Below are positions 1 to 8,280 of a stretch of 28,113 bases of DNA, piece after piece; position 1 is the first letter of the stretch, and every line of letters starts with the position of its first letter. The stretch is from the NCBI GenBank assembly GCA_964434855.1, contig CAYSWR010000001.1, positions 46,641 to 74,753 of the forward strand. Direction: 5' to 3'. The DNA is from an uncultured Nitrosopumilaceae archaeon. Lineage in GTDB: Archaea; Thermoproteota; Nitrososphaeria; Nitrososphaerales; Nitrosopumilaceae. The notes below the pieces were generated by a model. It made no database searches and had not been told where the DNA came from. It saw nothing but the letters and a program-made list of their open reading frames with translations. The translations under genes and the position numbers were made by a program.

Positions 1-315
1 GCGATGGTCAATAGCAAACTTGCCAAAGCCTTACGCATAATAGATGAGATAATGCTACTAGTTAACAAAAAAAGTAACAAATTCACCATGGGTTTTGCTG
101 AAACTGAAAAGGCAAATGAGGCAGGAGCTGTAGAGTCAATTATTTTTTCTGACAAGGTTTTTGAAAAACAAGATGAAGATGAAATCATAGAGTTTTTAAA
201 TCAAGCTGAAAGCAAAGGTGTTGAAATATTTTCTGTTGATTCTACTACAGATGTAGGATTGAGAGTTTCAGCGCTTGGAGGAATTGTTTCACTTTTGCGT
301 TTTGTACCTAATTAG
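1..315 (+). CDS. Pelota/Dom34-type mRNA surveillance factor, C-terminal (eRF1 domain-3-like) fragment; the 5' end lies outside the window
   Basis: The frame is open from base 1. GAVESIIFSDKVF...KGVEIFSVDSTTDVGLRVSALGGIVSLLRF matches the conserved C-terminal block of archaeal Pelota (GAVE..L, then LGGIxxxLRF). aRF1 shares this domain, so Pelota versus aRF1 is not fully resolved. Confidence 0.6.
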   Translation, partial: AMVNSKLAKALRIIDEIMLLVNKKSNKFTMGFAETEKANEAGAVESIIFSDKVFEKQDEDEIIEFLNQAESKGVEIFSVDSTTDVGLRVSALGGIVSLLRFVPN

Positions 316-619
316 TTGAGGTTACAAGCCAATCCAGATATGGTTTGTTTAGTGTTTTTACTTTAAGCTCAGCAATTTCTGGAACTTTGTATGGATGTGA
401 TTTTTTAATCTCATTTTTTAGTGATTTTTTTTTCTTATCTGTTGTTTTAAAAAATGCCAAAAATTCTGCAGTGTTTTCAAGCTTGTTCTGCCAAGCATAA
501 ATAGAGTTTATTTTTGTGAAATTTACACATGCCGCAAGTTTTTCTTTAACTACATTATTTGCAATTTTTAAAATCGATTTTTTATCTGGATATGTTGAGA
601 TTATTATGACTGCACCCAT
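308..619 (-). CDS. cutA: CutA-family divalent-cation tolerance protein
   Basis: KLAACVNF...SIYAWQNK...HPYKVPEI...YLDWL is the CutA1 signature pattern. I prefer the ATG at 619 (MGAVIIISTY, about 103 aa). The track start at 658 would leave only 5 nt to the divergent neighbour. Confidence 0.8.
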   Translation of the reverse strand: MGAVIIISTYPDKKSILKIANNVVKEKLAACVNFTKINSIYAWQNKLENTAEFLAFFKTTDKKKKSLKNEIKKSHPYKVPEIAELKVKTLNKPYLDWLVTSTN

Positions 620-663
620 AGTAACTGATAAATTTGCCCTGACTAAAAAGAGTATCAATTACT

Positions 664-1866
664 TTGGCATTTGATTTTTCTGCAAATAATCCCATCTTCT
701 ATGTTTTGATTGTGTGGGGCATAGTTTTTTTACTAGCCAAAATATCCAAACTTGATAAACGTGGTTTTGAAATAACACCTTATAGTCTTACATACAAAAA
801 TCGTAATGTACAACTTGCTCTAACCAAGATTTTGGGTAGAACTGAGAGAGCTACAAAAGTATTCTCAAACGTAAGTGTTGTTGCTGGATTCATAATGATG
901 GGTTTTGCTTTCTGGTTTCTGATTTCTAATCTATTCAATTACTTTGTAAAACCAGAGTCATTTTCTGAAGTGACGATTCTGATACCAGGAATCACAATAC
1001 AGACTGCGTCAGCTCTCATACCATTTTTGTTGTCTATTCCTATTGTTCTTGTAATACACGAGGGCGCGCATGGGATTGTTGCTACTTTAGAAAAGATAAA
1101 GATCAAGACAGGTGGATTTGCAGTATTTATTGCACTTTTTGCTGGCTTTGTCGAACCAGATGAGGAAGATTTTGCCAAGGCAAAAAAGATTTCAAAACTT
1201 AGAGTGATAGGAGCTGGAGCAACATCAAATGTTATTTTTTCTTTTATCATAGCTGGCCTCCTTATCTTTAATCCATCTTTTGCATTGTTAACGCCAGAAC
1301 CTATCAGAGGAATATTTTATAATGAACCTATAGGAGTTCCAATAATTTCTGTGACTGAGGGAACAGGAGCTGCTGCAGCTGGTTTACTTAAAGATGACAT
1401 AATTACTGCAATAAATGGCATTTCTGTTGTTCAGCCACAAGATTTTACAAAGATAAAACTTGTACCTGGCGAAACAGCAATGGTCAAAATAATTAGAAAT
1501 GGTGAGACTGTACAAATTCCTGTTGTAACTAAGGCATCACCAGATGATCCACAAAGAGGTTTACTTGGAATTACAAGAGCTGCATTTCCATCGTATCAAC
1601 CGGTAGTTCCTTACTACATACCATGGAGTCCAGAAGCTTTCACGTTTCTACTTTGGCTTTGGATGCTCTCCTTTTTCATAGGGATCTTCAACATGCTTCC
1701 TCTTCCCATACTAGATGGCGGCAAATTCATTCAAAGTATAATTGAAAAAAGCATCTCAGATAAAATAGTAAAAAGTGTTATGTGGTCACTTTATGGTTTT
1801 ACATTTATTTTGTTTGCACTAAACATTGGTTTTTCCGTAGCCAAATCTGGTTTTATTACCATATAA
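664..1866 (+). CDS. Site-2 protease family (M50) membrane metalloprotease with an internal PDZ domain
   Basis: It has an HEGAHG (HExxH) motif in a hydrophobic segment and FNMLPLPILDGG (NxxPxxxLDG) near the C-terminus. A PDZ-like stretch (GAAAAGLLKDDIITAINGISV) and multiple TM segments are present. TTG start. Confidence 0.85.
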   Translation: MAFDFSANNPIFYVLIVWGIVFLLAKISKLDKRGFEITPYSLTYKNRNVQLALTKILGRTERATKVFSNVSVVAGFIMMGFAFWFLISNLFNYFVKPESFSEVTILIPGITIQTASALIPFLLSIPIVLVIHEGAHGIVATLEKIKIKTGGFAVFIALFAGFVEPDEEDFAKAKKISKLRVIGAGATSNVIFSFIIAGLLIFNPSFALLTPEPIRGIFYNEPIGVPIISVTEGTGAAAAGLLKDDIITAINGISVVQPQDFTKIKLVPGETAMVKIIRNGETVQIPVVTKASPDDPQRGLLGITRAAFPSYQPVVPYYIPWSPEAFTFLLWLWMLSFFIGIFNMLPLPILDGGKFIQSIIEKSISDKIVKSVMWSLYGFTFILFALNIGFSVAKSGFITI

Positions 1867-1896
1867 TCATAATTTTAGATTTACAGAAATTCGCAT

Positions 1897-2841
1897 ATGG
1901 TTAAATTTGGGCACAAAAAAGTTCCCTTTATGAATTGTAACAGATGCGGAAATATTGCAGTTTTTTCTAGAAAGTATTCAGGAGAGAGTCTTTGCTCTTT
2001 CTGCTTTTCAAATTCAATTGTACAAAAAACATCTAGAATAATATCAAAAAATAATATGATTCAAAATGGAGATGTAGTTGGAGTAGCAGTATCGGGAGGA
2101 AAGGATTCATTATCACTTTTACATGTGCTTAAAAAAATGTCTGAATCACATAACTTTAAGATGATAGCAATAACAGTAGACGAGGGAATTCCCGGCTATC
2201 GTGATGAAGCATTAGAAATTGTAAGAAATTTCTGCAATAAGCTTGATGTGGAGTACAGATCTTATGCATACAAAGATCTTTTTGATTTAACATTAGAAGA
2301 ATCACTTGAGCTTAGAGAAAGTGAAAAGATATCATCATGTTCAATCTGTGGGATATTACGAAGACGTGCAATAGATTTTGGTGCCAAAGATTTGGATGTT
2401 GATGTAATAGCTACAGGTCATAATTTAGACGATGTTCTTCAAACTTTTATCATTAATGTTCTATCTGGAGATACAAATAAGATTGGATGGATGGAACCCA
2501 TCACATCAAACAAAATTAGAAAAATAAAGCCTTTCTGTGAAATTTACGAAAATGAAATTGTGTTTTATGCTTTTACAAACGAAATTCCTTTCCAGTCCGA
2601 GCAATGTCCTCATATGAATGAAGGAATAAGAACAGAAATACGTGAATTTCTAAATTCTTTAGAAAATCATCATAGTGGGATTAAAAATAGCATGTATGGT
2701 TCTGTTATGAAATTATCTCAAATAGTTAAAGATACAAACTACAAACAAAGAAGAGCCTGTCAGAAGTGTGGTAATCAATGTACTGGTGAGGTATGTTCTG
2801 TTTGTACCATGCTTGTAAATTTAAAACAAGATCGATCCTAA
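1897..2841 (+). CDS. PP-loop ATP pyrophosphatase of the TtuA/Ncs6 tRNA 2-thiolation family
   Basis: It carries the SGGKDS PP-loop and N- and C-terminal CxxC...CxxC zinc-finger pairs (CNRCGN..CSFCF; CQKCGN..CSVC). Central CSICG and CPH cysteines are typical of the Fe-S site of this family. The start could also be the second Met at 1930. Confidence 0.8.
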   Translation: MVKFGHKKVPFMNCNRCGNIAVFSRKYSGESLCSFCFSNSIVQKTSRIISKNNMIQNGDVVGVAVSGGKDSLSLLHVLKKMSESHNFKMIAITVDEGIPGYRDEALEIVRNFCNKLDVEYRSYAYKDLFDLTLEESLELRESEKISSCSICGILRRRAIDFGAKDLDVDVIATGHNLDDVLQTFIINVLSGDTNKIGWMEPITSNKIRKIKPFCEIYENEIVFYAFTNEIPFQSEQCPHMNEGIRTEIREFLNSLENHHSGIKNSMYGSVMKLSQIVKDTNYKQRRACQKCGNQCTGEVCSVCTMLVNLKQDRS

Positions 2842-2872
2842 TGCAAATATAAGATTTCATTGTATGTATATT

Positions 2873-3190
2873 GGTAGTAGGTAGGATCGGGGCGCCAGCC
2901 GTGCCCCATATCTGAAACCGGCTATATGCAGAGATCAGTAACTGCTGGGTAAATATCTAGATGGATAGTACCTGCTTGACTTGCGGAAATGAAATCACGC
3001 CGAAGCGGGTGGATGCAGGGCTGAAGCTGTCCGAAGGGATAGTCTTCAAGACCTAACTGCTGAAAGGGATGAGGTCCGGGAGGGAGCAATCCTAAGGTGG
3101 AGCATTCACGCTGCGTCGTCTACGTGGCGGATCTTGCTTGACTTGAGATGGGGCTATTTGTTTAGACTGGAACTAGTGGAGCTACTACTA
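2873..3190 (+). ncRNA. Signal recognition particle RNA (archaeal 7S type, about 318 nt)
   Basis: This is an ORF-free, GC-rich island in an AT-rich background. The 5' GTAGTAG (2874-2880) pairs with the 3' CTACTAC (3183-3189). The Alu-domain-like CGGGGCGCCAGCCGUGCCCC...AACCGG lies near the 5' end. The helix-8 core AGGUCCGGGAGGGAGCAAUCC (about 3072-3092) closely matches the universal SRP motif GGUCCGGAAGGAAGCAGCC. The ends are approximate, within roughly 5 nt. Confidence 0.85.
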
Positions 3191-3216
3191 AATATTCATG
3201 ACTAGATGTTTAGAAT

Positions 3217-3549
3217 ATGGACAATCTAATTTTTTCTGGACATAATAGAACTTATGATGATTTCAAAAAACAGCTTACACCAACAATAAAACCACTTTTT
3301 GATTTACTAAGAGATTATTGTTTTTCTTTTGGAAAAAATGTAATTGAGGATGTGCGTATGCATAGAATAGTATTTTGCAAGTCTATGACGTTTAGGTTCT
3401 TTGCAGATATGGAGCCACAACATGAGTCTATTTTAATAAAAATAAGAAGAGATAGAAAAGAACCTCAAAAAGATGTACTGATAAAACCTGGTCAAGATCT
3501 TAGCGAAATAAAAAATCTTCTTTTGGACGCTTATAATACAATACATTAG
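3217..3549 (+). CDS. Hypothetical protein (110 aa)
   Basis: It is a clean ATG-initiated ORF with K/E/I-rich composition like its neighbours. I recognise no diagnostic catalytic motif, and the product is unassigned. Confidence 0.5.
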   Translation: MDNLIFSGHNRTYDDFKKQLTPTIKPLFDLLRDYCFSFGKNVIEDVRMHRIVFCKSMTFRFFADMEPQHESILIKIRRDRKEPQKDVLIKPGQDLSEIKNLLLDAYNTIH

Positions 3550-3824
3550 TACAAAATATCAAATTTTGAAAATTCGCCTTTGTATTTTTCACTGATGATT
3601 TGTACATCTTCAACCATGGCATTTGTAGGTCCCCTGTGACTCCATTCTACCACTTCGCTAACATCTACATCTTGGCCTTCTAGTATTGCCTCAACTCTAC
3701 CATCCTTAAGGTTTCGTACCCAACCTGTAACATTTTTTTTTTCTGCTCTGGTTTTAGTTGTTTGTCTGAAAAAAACCCCCTGAACTTTGCCTTTCACAAA
3801 AATATGCACTCGTTGGTTTACCAT
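3546..3824 (-). CDS. acyP: Acylphosphatase
   Basis: VHIFVKGKVQGVFFRQ...GWVRNLKDGRVEAILEG is the acylphosphatase signature. I use the ATG at 3824 (92 aa). The 139-aa track ORF would run into the 3' end of the uL2 gene. Confidence 0.85.
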   Translation of the reverse strand: MVNQRVHIFVKGKVQGVFFRQTTKTRAEKKNVTGWVRNLKDGRVEAILEGQDVDVSEVVEWSHRGPTNAMVEDVQIISEKYKGEFSKFDILY

Positions 3825-3873
3825 ATTAAGAGTTCTTGTTTTAGGATTAATTAGTTTTGAGTGTCGAAATATT

Positions 3874-4620
3874 TTAAGATGAACTGCTGTCTGGTCTCTC
3901 TTTAATTCTTGCACGCCCAGTCTTTCTAGCTGCAATGCTACCAACTTTTCTTCCAGGAGGTGCATTTCTTGAAACAGTTGAGCTTTTACCTACATGTTGA
4001 TGTCTGCCACCACCATGTGGGTGTACATATGCAGCTTGTGCAACACCTCTAACAATTGGGTATTTCTGTCCTTTGGATCGTTTTCTACGCCATGCATTAC
4101 CTGCTCGCATAAATGGTCTATCACCTGCGCCTCCACCAGCAAGAGTTCCAATCATTGCCCTGTTCTGAGGATTTAGTGTAGTAAATTTTCCCGATGGTAG
4201 TTTTATTGTAACACCTTCTGAACTGTGTGAAAACACGGTCGCGGACGTACCGGCTGACTTTACAATTGTTCCGCCATCACCAAAATGTTTTTCGATATTA
4301 CTGACAATTGTTCCGTCAGGAATATTTTGAATACTAATTACATTTCCTGGTAAAATTCCAGATTTTAATCCAAACTGAATCTTTGATCCTACTTTTGTAC
4401 CAAGAATTGCAGGAATATATGAAGATGAACCATCATCAAATCTGACTTTAGCAAGAGGTGCATCACGTCCTCTTTCATGAACTAGATCTACGACTTGGCC
4501 TTCTCGTTGTTCGGAAAGCCCAAATCTTGGGTATTTTGCTGGCAATAACTTACCAGTAGTCGCTGCACGAAATTGCATTCCACCTCGGCCACGTCTTCTA
4601 ACTAGAGGTCTTTTACCCAT
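3874..4620 (-). CDS. rpl2: 50S ribosomal protein uL2 (L2P)
   Basis: MGKRPLVRRRGRGG...GNVISIQNIPDGT...HPHGGG(R)HQH...GRKVG is the archaeal L2 pattern across the full length. Confidence 0.95.
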   Translation of the reverse strand: MGKRPLVRRRGRGGMQFRAATTGKLLPAKYPRFGLSEQREGQVVDLVHERGRDAPLAKVRFDDGSSSYIPAILGTKVGSKIQFGLKSGILPGNVISIQNIPDGTIVSNIEKHFGDGGTIVKSAGTSATVFSHSSEGVTIKLPSGKFTTLNPQNRAMIGTLAGGGAGDRPFMRAGNAWRRKRSKGQKYPIVRGVAQAAYVHPHGGGRHQHVGKSSTVSRNAPPGRKVGSIAARKTGRARIKERPDSSSS

Positions 4621-4694
4621 TGTAGAAAATGTTGCTCTCTCTTGTAGATTTTAAGCTTTGGTTCTTGTATGTAATGGATCATAAACGACAAAGG

Positions 4695-4702
4695 TATAAA
4701 AA
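4695..4702 (+). promoter_or_regulatory. TATA-like box for cdc48 (leaderless-type spacing)
   Basis: TATAAAAA starts 30 nt upstream of the GTG at 4725. This is the usual archaeal TATA-to-TSS distance if the transcript starts at or near the start codon. The background is AT-rich, so this is weak evidence. Confidence 0.35.
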
Positions 4703-4724
4703 TTAGTTTAGGACTGTTTAATTT

Positions 4725-6926
4725 GTGAGTCAGAATGCGCTTTCCCTTAAAGTACTTGAGGCATATACTCGCGATGTTGGTAGAGGAGTAGCTCGAATTG
4801 ATTATGATTCTATGGATTCACTAAGTGCTTCAACTGGTGATGTTATTGAAATTAAAGGTAAGCGTAGGACTGTTGCAAAGTGTTTACCACTTTATCCTTC
4901 TGATGAAGGAAAGGGAATAATTCGAGTTGATGGACTTGTAAGAAATAACGCGGGAATAGCTATTGGTGATACTGTCGCAGTTCGAAAAATAAAAGCAGTT
5001 GCGGCAGAAAAAGTAGTTGTTGCTCCATTGGAAGCAATTCCACCAATAGACGAAAGATATCTTGCTGATGCTTTAGAAAGTGTTCCTTTGATTAAAGGAG
5101 ATAATGTGATGGTCCCATATTTTGGTGGGAGATTAACTTTCCAAGTAATAGGGGTCACTCCAGCAGCAGATGCCGTACTTGTAACCCAAAAGACAGTATT
5201 TCACATTGCAGAAAAAGGTGTAACCCTACGTGGAGTTCCACAAGTTACTTATGAGGACATAGGCGGGTTAACTGATGAAATTAAAAAAGTTAGAGAAATG
5301 ATCGAGCTTCCCTTAAGACACCCAGAAATTTTTGAAAAATTAGGAATTGAAGCTCCAAAAGGAGTATTGCTTTACGGTCCACCAGGTACAGGTAAGACTT
5401 TGTTAGCAAAAGCAGTTGCAAATGAAAGCAATGCTCATTTTATCAGTATTTCCGGTCCTGAAATTATGAGTAAGTTCTATGGAGAAAGTGAAGCAAGGTT
5501 ACGAGAGATTTTTAAAGAGGCGAGGGAAAAATCTCCTTCTATAGTTTTCATTGATGAAATTGACTCCATAGCCCCAAAAAGAGAAGAGGTGACAGGAGAA
5601 GTTGAGAGAAGAGTTGTTTCTCAATTGCTTTCACTGATGGATGGTTTGGAAGCAAGAGGTAAAGTAATTGTCATATCTGCAACAAACAGACCCAATGCAA
5701 TAGATCCAGCTCTTAGACGACCTGGAAGATTTGATAGAGAAATTGAGATTAAAGTACCTGATAAGAAGGGTAGAAAAGACATTCTCATGATACACACAAG
5801 AAACATGCCATTAAGCGATGATGTAAACTTGGAAAAAATGGCAGCAATAAGTCACGGCTATGTTGGTGCAGACTTGGAATATCTTTGCAAAGAGGCTGCA
5901 ATGAAGTGTCTAAGAAGACTCTTGCCAGAACTCAATCTTGAAGACGAAAAGCTTCCACCAGAAACTCTTGACAAACTTATTGTAAGTGGGGAAGATTATC
6001 AGAGTGCATTTAGAGAGATCACACCATCTGGAATGCGTGAAGTTTTCATTGAAAACCCAGATGTAAAATGGGATGAAGTAGGTGGATTAGAAAATGTAAA
6101 ACGTGAGCTTCAAGAAGCAGTCGAATGGCCAATGAAATATCCTACATTATACTCCAAACTTGGTCATAGAATGCCACGAGGAATTCTACTTCATGGACCA
6201 AGTGGTACTGGAAAAACACTTTTAGCTAAAGCTGTAGCAACAGAAAGTGAAGCTAATTTTATCTCAGTAAGAGGTCCTGAATTACTTTCAAAGTGGGTCG
6301 GAGAATCCGAACGCGGCATAAGAGAGATATTTAGAAGAGCAAGACAGGCTTCTCCATGTATCATTTTCTTTGATGAAATTGATTCCATAGCTCCAATTAG
6401 AGGAGTCGGTGGAGAAACTTCAGTAACTGAAAGAGTTGTAAGTCAACTGCTAACTGAACTTGACGGCATAGAAAGTTTGCATGGAGTGGTAGTACTTGCT
6501 GCAACAAATAGAGCAGATATGATCGATACTGCACTTTTAAGACCAGGAAGATTTGATAAGATAATACTTGTACCAATGCCAGACAAAGAAGGTAGGAAGA
6601 AGATTCTAGAGATAAGTACAAAAGAGATTCCCATAGACAAGGAACAAAAAAGTGAGAGCGGCAAAAATCCAAATTATGTAGATATAGAAAAAATAGCTGA
6701 AACAACTGATGGTTTAAGCGGAGCAGATGTTGCAGCAATTGCAAATACAGCAGTGTCTCTTGTCATACATGAGTTTCTTGCCAAATATCCAGATCAGAAA
6801 GAGGCTGAGAAACAAGCAACCACATCAAAAGTAACTATGAGGCATTTTGAAGAGGCAGTAAGAAAAGTAAGAACGCAAAAGGAGCTCAAGATAGGCGAAA
6901 AGATAGCAGTGCCTTACTACAGGTAA
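4725..6926 (+). CDS. cdc48: CDC48/VCP-type AAA+ ATPase (double AAA domain)
   Basis: The N-domain is typical ([19 protein letters not shown]). There are two Walker A boxes ([16 protein letters not shown]) and two Walker B boxes ([16 protein letters not shown]). The protein ends in PYYR. GTG start. Confidence 0.95.
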   Translation: MSQNALSLKVLEAYTRDVGRGVARIDYDSMDSLSASTGDVIEIKGKRRTVAKCLPLYPSDEGKGIIRVDGLVRNNAGIAIGDTVAVRKIKAVAAEKVVVAPLEAIPPIDERYLADALESVPLIKGDNVMVPYFGGRLTFQVIGVTPAADAVLVTQKTVFHIAEKGVTLRGVPQVTYEDIGGLTDEIKKVREMIELPLRHPEIFEKLGIEAPKGVLLYGPPGTGKTLLAKAVANESNAHFISISGPEIMSKFYGESEARLREIFKEAREKSPSIVFIDEIDSIAPKREEVTGEVERRVVSQLLSLMDGLEARGKVIVISATNRPNAIDPALRRPGRFDREIEIKVPDKKGRKDILMIHTRNMPLSDDVNLEKMAAISHGYVGADLEYLCKEAAMKCLRRLLPELNLEDEKLPPETLDKLIVSGEDYQSAFREITPSGMREVFIENPDVKWDEVGGLENVKRELQEAVEWPMKYPTLYSKLGHRMPRGILLHGPSGTGKTLLAKAVATESEANFISVRGPELLSKWVGESERGIREIFRRARQASPCIIFFDEIDSIAPIRGVGGETSVTERVVSQLLTELDGIESLHGVVVLAATNRADMIDTALLRPGRFDKIILVPMPDKEGRKKILEISTKEIPIDKEQKSESGKNPNYVDIEKIAETTDGLSGADVAAIANTAVSLVIHEFLAKYPDQKEAEKQATTSKVTMRHFEEAVRKVRTQKELKIGEKIAVPYYR

Positions 6927-6958
6927 TTTTAATAAAATAACTGTTCTATTCTAGTCAA

Positions 6959-8248
6959 ATGTCAAGTCATAGTGGGTACAGGGGAAAATCACTTTCTTTT
7001 TTGCAAAAGAACAACCTTCAGGTAGGTGATATTGTAAGTGTCACTTCAGATGTAGATTATTCTGGCATGATAATGCCACGCTATGAATATAGTGATGATG
7101 AACACATAGTTTTGAAGCTTAAAAGTGGATACAACATAGGTCTCGAGGTGGATAAAATAAAAAAAGTCAAAATTGAATCCACAATGGAGTTAAAAAAAGA
7201 AACCATACGACAACCACAGACAAATCCAAACTTACCAAAACTACTACTTGTTTCTACAGGAGGGACCATTGCAAGTAAAGTAGATTACAGAACAGGCGGA
7301 GTCACACCTGCCCTTACTGCAGCTGAGCTTAATGCTACTGTTCCAGAACTTGCAGAAATTGCAAACATAGACACCGAGGTTCTTTTTTCAGAGTATTCTG
7401 AGAATCTACTTCCAGAACACTGGAAAAAAATAGCTGAAAAAATAAACAGTTGTGTACAATCAGAATATAAAGGAATTATCATAGCTCATGGAACTGATAC
7501 AATGCAGTATACAGCAGCTGCACTTTCATTTGCTTTGGTAAATATTCCAATACCAATTGCGTTGGTAGGTTCACAGAGATCTTCTGATAGACCATCTTCT
7601 GATGCCGCATTAAATCTTATTTCAGCTGCAAAATTTCTTGTAGAATGTGATACTACTGGAATTTATGTAGTAATGCATAACACTACTAGTGATGATGAGG
7701 TTGCTTGTCATTGGGGAACTCGTGTACGAAAAAATCATACAAGCAAACGTAATGCTTTTCAAACAATTGGAGGAGCACCTGCATTTATAATAAAAAATGA
7801 CAAAATAATTAAAAATCAACAATTCAATTATGTAAGAAAAAGAGAATATGTATCAAAGATTAATTTCGATACACGTGTAGCATTAATAAAATATTATCCA
7901 GGACTAGATTCAAACATAATAAATTACATCATAGAAGCTGGATACAAAGCAATAATCTTTGAAGGAACTGGTCTGGGTCATATCGGAAAGACGATGTATG
8001 ATAATGTAGCTAAAGCCAAAAAGAAGGGATTGTTTATGGGCATGACTTCTCAATGCATAGACGGTATGGTACGTATGACAGTTTATGAAAGTGGTCGAGA
8101 TCTTCTTAATTTGGGTATAATTCCTCTTGCAAACATGATTCCAGAAACTGCACTTGTAAAAGCTATGTGGGCACTTGGGAATTCGAAGAATGTGCAAGAA
8201 ATGGAAGTATTGATGAAAGAAAATATTGCGTCGGAATTTTCAGACTAA
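6959..8248 (+). CDS. gatD: Glutamyl-tRNA(Gln) amidotransferase subunit D
   Basis: An asparaginase-type core (STGGTIAS, HGTDTM) is preceded by the GatD-specific N-terminal domain, and the gene sits directly upstream of gatE. Confidence 0.9.
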   Translation: MSSHSGYRGKSLSFLQKNNLQVGDIVSVTSDVDYSGMIMPRYEYSDDEHIVLKLKSGYNIGLEVDKIKKVKIESTMELKKETIRQPQTNPNLPKLLLVSTGGTIASKVDYRTGGVTPALTAAELNATVPELAEIANIDTEVLFSEYSENLLPEHWKKIAEKINSCVQSEYKGIIIAHGTDTMQYTAAALSFALVNIPIPIALVGSQRSSDRPSSDAALNLISAAKFLVECDTTGIYVVMHNTTSDDEVACHWGTRVRKNHTSKRNAFQTIGGAPAFIIKNDKIIKNQQFNYVRKREYVSKINFDTRVALIKYYPGLDSNIINYIIEAGYKAIIFEGTGLGHIGKTMYDNVAKAKKKGLFMGMTSQCIDGMVRMTVYESGRDLLNLGIIPLANMIPETALVKAMWALGNSKNVQEMEVLMKENIASEFSD

Positions 8249-8280
8249 GCTTAAAAAGCATGATAATTGATAAATGAGAA

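Noticed and set aside
3825-3965. Long N-terminal extension of the acylphosphatase ORF (139-aa version in the track)
   Set aside because: The extension overlaps the 3' end of the uL2 gene and has no acylphosphatase homology. The internal ATG at 3824 gives the canonical protein of about 92 aa.
6397-6744. 115-aa Leu/Gln-rich ORF, and the 73-aa ORF at 6443-6664, on the minus strand
   Set aside because: Both are fully antisense to the well-supported CDC48 D2 domain. Their low-complexity L/Q/F composition is typical of shadow frames of K/E-rich genes.
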